In this document: piece by piece, positions 57,854-64,000 of the stretch
Layout of the letters: every line of letters begins with the position of its first letter
How positions within the stretch are numbered: position 1 is the stretch's first letter
Origin: Candidatus Binatia bacterium
Lineage (GTDB): Bacteria; Desulfobacterota; Binatia; HRBIN30
Reading direction: 5' to 3'
DNA length: 64,000 nt
Assembly (NCBI GenBank): GCA_038245295.1
Contig: JBBRSP010000019.1
Location: 1-64,000, forward strand
Position numbers and translations under genes: made by a program
Notes under the pieces: generated by a model
Told to the model about the DNA's origin: nothing
Seen by the model: the letters and a program-made list of their open reading frames with translations, nothing else
Database searches by the model: none

Positions 57854-59281
57854 CTACAACGCGCGCCGGTCCGCGAGCTTTTGCAAATTGTCTTCGTGCT
57901 TTTCGCGGGTGATGCTGTAGGTCGACAAGAAAGACAACGTACCGACGTAGAGCACGAAAATCGCCGGCACGTAGACGAGTGCCAGGTTGCGGACGATCTC
58001 AGGCGGCACCTCACCCGGTTTGGCGCCGGACGGAAACCCGATGAAGCTCAGCAAGACGGTCGAGGCAAAGATGCCGAAGCCTGACACCGCCTTCTGCATG
58101 AACGCGTTGGCAGCGAAGAAGACGCCCTCCGATCGCCGCCCGGTGGTGAGCTCGCTGTCCTCGACGACATCGGCCATCATCGACGACACCAGGATGCTCG
58201 ACAGGATGATCAGCGTGACCACCACGGTATTCGCGACGAGCAGGATCGGCATCAACCACGGCGAGCCATTCGCCGGGAAGAGATCGACGAGACGCAGCAG
58301 CATGGCCAGCGGCGCGATGACGCCGGCCGAGACGGCAGTCCGCATCGCCGCCGGACGTTTACCTCCGTAGCGGACCGACACACTCGGGACCAAAGCCAAC
58401 GCCGCCGCCGCCGAAGCAAAGTTCGCCAACACCAGCACCGAAATCTCGTTCGACGTCAGTTCCCAGAAAAACGCGTTGAAGTAGACGTTCAACGCCGCCG
58501 TAAGACCACCGGCCAACGACGAGAAGAACGACGCACCGAAGAGCGCCAGGAAGGGACGGTTCGAAACCGTCTCACGCAGCTCGCGCAACGCCCCGAACAG
58601 ACCGAGCGAGCGCTTCGGCGGCGGTTTGCGCAGGTGCGGAATATGCGAGTGGGTGCCGGCCGCCGAGATCAAGATGGCGATAGCCATGACCACGGCCGAA
58701 GCCAGACCATAGTGGCGATAGCCGGTCTGGTTGAGGACGCCGACCGGATACTCGGCGTTGGGCTGCAGGAAGATCGCGAAGGCCAACGCGGCCATCGTCA
58801 GCCCACCCCACCAACCGAAGAAGAAGCGGAAGCCGAGTATCGAGGTGCGCTCTTCGTACCCGTCGCTGAGCTCGGCGGCCAACGACACGCTGGGGATTTC
58901 GTAGAAGGAGATGAAAAAGCGCACCAGGATGGCAACGACGATGAAGTAGGTGAGCAACTGTGGTTGCGACAATCCTGCCGGCGGCGACCACAGCAGGTAA
59001 TACGACACGGCTACCGGAATCGCCGAGGCGTACATGAACGGATGGCGACGGCCCCAGCGCGAATGCAGATGGTCAGACAGGTGACCGACAACCGGATCCC
59101 AGATGGCGTCGGCGATGAGAGCGATCATGATCCCAAAGCCGACCCAGCGCTCGGGCAGCCCGAGGACCTGATTGTAGTACAGCAACAGCAGGAAGCCGAA
59201 GCCGTTGTCCTTCACACCGAAGGCGACCGACCCGAAGCCGTAGAACAGCTTGGTTCGTAAACTGACGCTGTGACTCGTCAC
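57854..59281 (-). CDS. MFS transporter (GPH/MFS_2 family)
   Basis: KLFYGFG, DAIWDPVVGHLSD...SRWGRRHPF, ~12 TM, MMADVVE...GRRSEG. Confidence 0.92.
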   Translation of the reverse strand: MTSHSVSLRTKLFYGFGSVAFGVKDNGFGFLLLLYYNQVLGLPERWVGFGIMIALIADAIWDPVVGHLSDHLHSRWGRRHPFMYASAIPVAVSYYLLWSPPAGLSQPQLLTYFIVVAILVRFFISFYEIPSVSLAAELSDGYEERTSILGFRFFFGWWGGLTMAALAFAIFLQPNAEYPVGVLNQTGYRHYGLASAVVMAIAILISAAGTHSHIPHLRKPPPKRSLGLFGALRELRETVSNRPFLALFGASFFSSLAGGLTAALNVYFNAFFWELTSNEISVLVLANFASAAAALALVPSVSVRYGGKRPAAMRTAVSAGVIAPLAMLLRLVDLFPANGSPWLMPILLVANTVVVTLIILSSILVSSMMADVVEDSELTTGRRSEGVFFAANAFMQKAVSGFGIFASTVLLSFIGFPSGAKPGEVPPEIVRNLALVYVPAIFVLYVGTLSFLSTYSITREKHEDNLQKLADRRAL

Positions 59282-59511
59282 GCAGCGATTAGTCCTGCCG
59301 ACGCCTGGCCGCGCGTGTTAGGGCGATCCACCGCTTCGATGTTTTCGTCGAGAGCGGCCCATGGCTCGAGGGTCATCGGCCAAGTCCACTCCGCGGTTGC
59401 GGCACTGCGCGGCATACGTCGGAACTAGCACGCGGTCACAACAGGAAGAAAGGCCGATGCTCGCTGCCGGGCGGCAACGCTTCTGCCGCCTCACGGGACG
59501 GCAGAGGGGGG

Positions 59512-60339
59512 TTACTCGTCGAACTCTTCGAGCTCCTCGAGCTCGGGGGTCATGAGCGCTTCCTGTACGGCATCGGCAATATCTTCGTCGGGATCGTCGA
59601 CGAGCTCGGCGAGAACCTCGATGGCTTGCTGCGGCCGGATGCTGCCAACCGCTGCGATGGCGGCGAGCAACAACGGCTTGCTGACGGATCTGGTGCGGAC
59701 CATGTTCACGACGTCAGACCAAGCGGCATCAAGACTCCAGGCACCGGTCGCACCGATGGCCTCGCAAAGAATCTCTTCGTCGTCGCTGCCGAGAGCCTCG
59801 AGGATTTGTTTGTCGAAGCCGGGCAGGAACTGCATGCAGAAGACGGCCGTGAGTTTCCATTCCGCGTCGCCGCTCGCGTAGGCGGCACGCGTCGCACCCT
59901 TGTGCCAGTCATCGGGTGCTCGGACCGCCGCTTCGAGAGCTCGGCGCCGCACGAGTTTTGGCGCGTTGGGATCGGCGTGGACCTGGCGCAGCGTCATACA
60001 GATGCGGTCGAACATTTCTTCCGAGACACGTGTCTCTTCGTCGCCGAACCCATCCAGGTCGCCTTCCTCGAGGGTCGGTCCGAGAGAGATCGCCGCCATC
60101 CCACGCAACTCGGCCGGTTCGTCGTTGCTGCGGACGATCGACAGCAACGCATCCAGCAACGCCGGTGTCTTCTCGGGCAACTCGCCGGCAAGCTCCGCCG
60201 CCAGTATGCGGTCGGCAGGATTCGCCTCCGGGTTGCGCAAGAACTCCAAGAACGTATCGTTGGCATCCGCAGGCCACTCCCACGGTGGCAGTTCCATCAA
60301 GAGGGCAAGATCGGGGTTCGTATTCTCTGTGGTGCTCAT
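59512..60339 (-). CDS. HEAT-repeat hypothetical protein
   Basis: Acidic alpha-helical repeats (LRGMAAISLG, VRRRALEA, DPDEDIADAVQEAL). Confidence 0.7.
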   Translation of the reverse strand: MSTTENTNPDLALLMELPPWEWPADANDTFLEFLRNPEANPADRILAAELAGELPEKTPALLDALLSIVRSNDEPAELRGMAAISLGPTLEEGDLDGFGDEETRVSEEMFDRICMTLRQVHADPNAPKLVRRRALEAAVRAPDDWHKGATRAAYASGDAEWKLTAVFCMQFLPGFDKQILEALGSDDEEILCEAIGATGAWSLDAAWSDVVNMVRTRSVSKPLLLAAIAAVGSIRPQQAIEVLAELVDDPDEDIADAVQEALMTPELEELEEFDE

Positions 60340-60436
60340 GATCACGGCTATGCGCCACGCCGGCCGTCCTGGCAAGACACGTTTCCGTTTCTGGTCAGCG
60401 GTGAATTGCTCTGCTAGTTCAGCGTCGATGTTTCTC

Positions 60437-61015
60437 ATGCGGCGACCCTCACTGGTTAAGCTACTCGCGTTGAGCCTTTTTCTTGTCGCTCGGACGGCCG
60501 CGGCAACCACGGTCGTGCAGCGCGACTTCAGCGACCTGGTGGCGCGCGCCGAGCAAGTCGTCATTGGCACCGTCACCAAGATCGTCCAGGACACTGACAA
60601 CAACGGGGCACCGCGCACCCTGGTGACATTTGAAGATTTGTCGATCCTGAAGGGCTCGGTGGGTAGCTCGCTGACCCTCGACTTCTACGGTGGCCGCGAC
60701 GGTGAGCATGTGACCGCGATTTCCGACATGCCGATCTTTCACGAAGGGGAGCGCGCCGTGTTGTTCGTTGCTGACAACGGTAAAGCGATCTGCCCGCTGG
60801 TCGGCGTTTGGCAAGGCCGGTTCCGTGTTCGTTTTGATGCGCGGCGCGGCACCGAAGTCGTCGACTCGAACGATGGGCGCGCCGTGGTGGGTCGCCAAAA
60901 ACGAGCCTTGGTACTGGCGCCGGCGGGTGCCGCTTCAGACACGACATCGGCGCTCACCCTCGATCAGTTTCGCGGCATGGTCGCCGACGAGCTGGCCCGT
61001 CCGGGAGCGGAGTAG
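60437..61015 (+). CDS. Secreted hypothetical protein (TIMP/NTR-like partner of the downstream protease)
   Basis: Signal peptide ending AAA; DLVARAEQVVIGTV...LKG...GG...P.F..GERAVLF...G.WQG.F. Confidence 0.75.
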   Translation: MRRPSLVKLLALSLFLVARTAAATTVVQRDFSDLVARAEQVVIGTVTKIVQDTDNNGAPRTLVTFEDLSILKGSVGSSLTLDFYGGRDGEHVTAISDMPIFHEGERAVLFVADNGKAICPLVGVWQGRFRVRFDARRGTEVVDSNDGRAVVGRQKRALVLAPAGAASDTTSALTLDQFRGMVADELARPGAE

Positions 61016-61018
61016 ACC

Positions 61019-61840
61019 ATGCGCCACCGATTCCTCGCCTCGATTCTTGTCGCAATGCTGCTCATTCTGCTGGTCAGCGTGAGCCGCGCGGCTGCCTACG
61101 TGTGCATCGGTTCGAACGGCAAGTGTGTGCACTGGGCGTCACACGCCGCCACCCTGCGCTCCCTCCTGGGCACGCCGCAAACGGCGCTGATCAACGGCAC
61201 GACGACATGGGACCAGAACTCGGCGCTCGCCGCTTCCGACTGGAACGCCGTGCAGGCCAACTTCAAGTTTAGCGTCGAAATTGGCGGGCAGTTCAACAAC
61301 CCCTGTGGCGCCCGCGGCAACGGCCATGTGTGCACCAACACCGGTCCTACCGGCGACAATCCGGTCTTCTTTGCCGACGACTTCTGTGGCCGCGCGTTCG
61401 GCGACGTCATCGAGCTCACCAACAACTGTTACAACCCCGGCTCGGCCGAGCTGTTCAACGCACCGGTCTTCGTCAACCGCACCGTACAATGGAATGCCTA
61501 TGATGGGCCGATCCGCTTCAGCTCGCCGGGGGTTCCGATCTACGACATCCGCCGCGTGCTTCTCCACGAATTCGGCCACGCTCTTGGGCTCGACCATCCG
61601 GACGACGCCAACCAAACGGTAGCGGCGATCATGAACAGCCGCGTCAGCAACCTCGACCGTCTTCAAGACGACGACCGCGGCGGTATCGTAGCGATCTACG
61701 CGCAAGCAGCCCCGGCACCGAGCAGTGGCAATTGCGCCATCCTGCCGGCGCAGGCAGCGGCCGGAGCCTGGCCACTGTTGGTGTTTGCCGCCGGCCTGTT
61801 CATCCAAAGGCGGCGATCATCACGCTGCCGAGCGCAATGA
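61019..61840 (+). CDS. Matrixin (M10) metalloprotease with C-terminal membrane anchor
   Basis: HEFGHALGLDH, AIMN Met-turn, LQDDD..G...IY; SSGNC + TM + RRR tail. Confidence 0.9.
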   Translation: MRHRFLASILVAMLLILLVSVSRAAAYVCIGSNGKCVHWASHAATLRSLLGTPQTALINGTTTWDQNSALAASDWNAVQANFKFSVEIGGQFNNPCGARGNGHVCTNTGPTGDNPVFFADDFCGRAFGDVIELTNNCYNPGSAELFNAPVFVNRTVQWNAYDGPIRFSSPGVPIYDIRRVLLHEFGHALGLDHPDDANQTVAAIMNSRVSNLDRLQDDDRGGIVAIYAQAAPAPSSGNCAILPAQAAAGAWPLLVFAAGLFIQRRRSSRCRAQ

Positions 61841-62660
61841 CGCTGGCGCCGGCGAGTCGAAATCGCAGATCACCTTCACCCAGGAAGAAGTACCCGAGCA
61901 ACACGCCGAAGACGATGCTGCATTGGCGCAAGCCGAGGACGTAGCTCGCCGGTGAGGTCTGCAGCGCCCACAAGACCAAGAGATACGACGACGGGCCGAC
62001 CAGGCCGGTGAACAGCATCGACTTGCCCGCGCGCCCAAGCTCGGCACGGACACGACCCGGCAGCCCGCGCCCGATCGACAAGGCGATCAGCGACGATTCA
62101 CCCATCAACAAGAGATACATGTAGATCAGCGGCGGCACGTGGCGCACACCCTGTTTGTCGACAATGGTGAATACGGCGATGAACACCGCCGTGATCAGCG
62201 CGTAGCGAGTGACACGCGCCCGCATCACGGTGCGCAAGCCGTGCAGACGGATCGCCGGCAGTTGTAGAAGCATAGCGCCGAGGCCGGCGAGAAATGTGCC
62301 CGCCACGCCGCCGACGCTGAGAACGCCGCGTGTCGTCAACAAGTCCCAGAAAGTGACGAGAACCGGCGCCGTGCGGCTCAACGGATAGGCGATCGACAGG
62401 TCGCCGGCGTCATAGGCTTTCAGCAGGAACAACGCGTAGAACGCGTGTGCCACCGAGGTGAGCACAACCCAAAGCCAGCCGATCGGTGTGATCCCGGAGG
62501 CCGGCCAGTTCCACACCACAAGCGGCGCGTAACACACCGACGTGACTAGCCACTGTCCGAGGAAGAAGGCGCGCCGATCGCCGCTGCCCTTGTTGAGGAA
62601 ATTCCACAACGCGTGGAGCAAGGCCGAGAGCAGCACGAGGGCGAGGGCCGACGAGGTCAT
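61800..62660 (-). CDS. EamA/DMT family transporter
   Basis: LVLLSALLHALWN..K, AY..GDLS.AYPLSR, DKQGV; ~10 TM. Confidence 0.9.
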   Translation of the reverse strand: MTSSALALVLLSALLHALWNFLNKGSGDRRAFFLGQWLVTSVCYAPLVVWNWPASGITPIGWLWVVLTSVAHAFYALFLLKAYDAGDLSIAYPLSRTAPVLVTFWDLLTTRGVLSVGGVAGTFLAGLGAMLLQLPAIRLHGLRTVMRARVTRYALITAVFIAVFTIVDKQGVRHVPPLIYMYLLLMGESSLIALSIGRGLPGRVRAELGRAGKSMLFTGLVGPSSYLLVLWALQTSPASYVLGLRQCSIVFGVLLGYFFLGEGDLRFRLAGASVIALGSVMIAAFG

Positions 62661-62735
62661 GCGTCGGCCTATGCAATCGCCGCCCCGGTTGCAACCAGCA
62701 GTGGTTCCAACGACCTCGATGGCGCCCGGCCAGTT

Positions 62736-62869
62736 CTTGCCGTTGCCGTTACTCTTGCCGTTGCCCGTGCCCTTGCCCGTTCTATTCTTGTGGCGCGCGA
62801 CCTGACTTTGGGCACGGGCACGGACCGGGCAAGGGCACTGGCAACGGCAAGGGCAAGGGCAAGGGCAAG
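62736..62869. repeat. Inverted hexamer tandem array (CCCTTG/CCGTTG vs CAAGGG/CAACGG)
   Basis: cttgccgttgccgtt...gcccttgcccgt and ggcacgggcacgg...ggcaagggcaagggcaag between divergent genes. Confidence 0.65.
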
Positions 62870-62917
62870 TTTAGGAAGTGGTCGACACATACTGCAACTG
62901 ATGAAAGGATGCTCGTC

Positions 62918-63310
62918 ATGCTGCGCGTTACCCGCTTGGATCACTTCGTCCTACGCGTGCGCGATCTCGAGCGCTCGCTGGAATTCTATGGCAACATTCT
63001 CGGTCTACCGATCGAGTTCCTCGATGACTACCGCGCCGGCCGACGTCCCTTCGTATCGGCGCGGGTTGGCGATCAACTGATCGACCTCGTTCCCGACCCC
63101 ACCTACGACGGCACCGGCGGCGGCATGTTGCACTTCTGCGTTGAGATTGACGGCAGTCTGGCGGCCGTGCTGCCGCAGCTCAAAGAGCGTGGCGTCGATG
63201 TGATCGAAGAGCAGCCGATGGCACGTATGGGAGCACGCGGTGTCGGCCTGGCGTCGTACGTGCGCGATCCCGACGGGTATGTCGTCGAATTGAAGGAGCC
63301 GGTCCGATGA
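62918..63310 (+). CDS. VOC/glyoxalase family protein
   Basis: LDHFVLRVRDLERSLEFY..ILG, HFC, YVRDPDGYVVEL. Confidence 0.93.
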   Translation: MLRVTRLDHFVLRVRDLERSLEFYGNILGLPIEFLDDYRAGRRPFVSARVGDQLIDLVPDPTYDGTGGGMLHFCVEIDGSLAAVLPQLKERGVDVIEEQPMARMGARGVGLASYVRDPDGYVVELKEPVR

Positions 63311-64000
63311 AACGCTTCCTCATCGTCTCGTTGGTACTCGCCTCCTGTGTCGGTATCACCAACGCCGCCGAGGTGAACTGGGACTCGATCGAGAGCGAAG
63401 CGGCGCAGATGCTGAGCGACTATATCCATATCGATACGACGAATCCGCCGGGCAACGAGCTTGCGGCGGCGAACTTCCTGGCCGAGCGTTTTCGCGCCGA
63501 AGGCATCGGCGCGGAGGTTTTCGAGTCGGCGCCGGGTCGCGGCTCCGTTGTGGCACGCGTGAAGGGCACCGGCGGTGGCCGCGCCGTCGCGCTGCTCAAT
63601 CACCTCGATGTCGTGCCTGCCAATGCATCGGAATGGGACACGCCGCCGTTCGAAGGTGTGCGCCGCGGCGCCCACATCTACGGACGGGGCGCCCTCGACT
63701 GCAAAGGCGTCGGAGTAATCGAAGCGATGACGTTGATTCAGCTCAAGCGCGCCGGCATCCCGCTCAAGCGTGATGTTGTCTTCCTCGGTACCGCCGATGA
63801 AGAGGCGGGCGGCAAGGTGGGTGCCGGTTCGTTGGTCGCAAACCAATTCGACCGCATTCGCGACGTCGAGTTTGTGCTCAACGAGGGTGGTCACATTCAC
63901 CTGCAAGGCAACGGCTCGCGTGTCTATGAGGTGGCGGTCTCCGAAAAGACGCCTTGCTGGCTGCGGCTGACCGCCGAAGGGCACCCCGGGCACGGATCGG
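63307..64000 (+). CDS. Secreted M20/M25/M40 metallopeptidase (runs off the window)
   Basis: Manual translation MKRFLIVSLVLASC...IDTTNPPGNE...NHLDVVPA...PPF...YGRGALDCKG...ADEEAGG...NEGG; ATGA overlap. Confidence 0.92.
   Translation, partial: MKRFLIVSLVLASCVGITNAAEVNWDSIESEAAQMLSDYIHIDTTNPPGNELAAANFLAERFRAEGIGAEVFESAPGRGSVVARVKGTGGGRAVALLNHLDVVPANASEWDTPPFEGVRRGAHIYGRGALDCKGVGVIEAMTLIQLKRAGIPLKRDVVFLGTADEEAGGKVGAGSLVANQFDRIRDVEFVLNEGGHIHLQGNGSRVYEVAVSEKTPCWLRLTAEGHPGHGS

Noticed and set aside
63103..63993. 296-aa minus-strand ORF and many similar long antisense ORFs (e.g. 7042-8019, 34803-35930, 37941-39074)
   Set aside because: Shadow ORFs of high-GC genes; the opposite strand carries the recognisable motifs

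Overview
GC-rich (roughly 63-65% by eye) diderm bacterial chromosome segment. Repeated GDC(D/N)GDGxVTxDEL dockerin-like modules suggest a Ca. Binatia/'Deltaproteobacteria'-type organism (inference). Main contents: (1) 5.0-17.8 kb, an eight-gene extracellular-electron-transfer operon with about 44 heme-binding motifs. It encodes a surface octaheme, an OmcE-like tetraheme, two NHL lipoproteins, a pentaheme lipoprotein, a beta-barrel, an OmcE-domain 12-heme fusion and a 15-heme periplasmic cytochrome. (2) 25.2-39.4 kb, two diverged tandem copies of a four-gene divergent module: [outer-membrane beta-barrel <- exported caspase-family protease with FlgO/TolB-N and NTF2-like domains] [atypical ECF-like sigma factor with a coiled-coil insert -> Zn-finger/TM/SH3b anti-sigma]. 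Each copy is followed by different secreted cargo genes. This is the best candidate for an undescribed system (protease-triggered trans-envelope signalling). (3) 39.5-51.6 kb, a probable biosynthetic cluster with a NosL-like radical-SAM tryptophan lyase, flavin halogenase, ACP, HxxxDG acyltransferase, two adenylating ligases, methyltransferase and oxidoreductases, and no visible thiopeptide genes. Also present: pirin, P-type ATPase, FitAB/VapBC, a heme-c/copper-monooxygenase fusion, P450, thiolase-DUF35, MFS, matrixin, an M20 peptidase and several REP/REPIN/MITE-like repeat families, one abutting a truncated vapC. No rRNA, tRNA, CRISPR array or intact transposase was seen. All family calls come from motif recognition by eye and from memory; none was database-checked.
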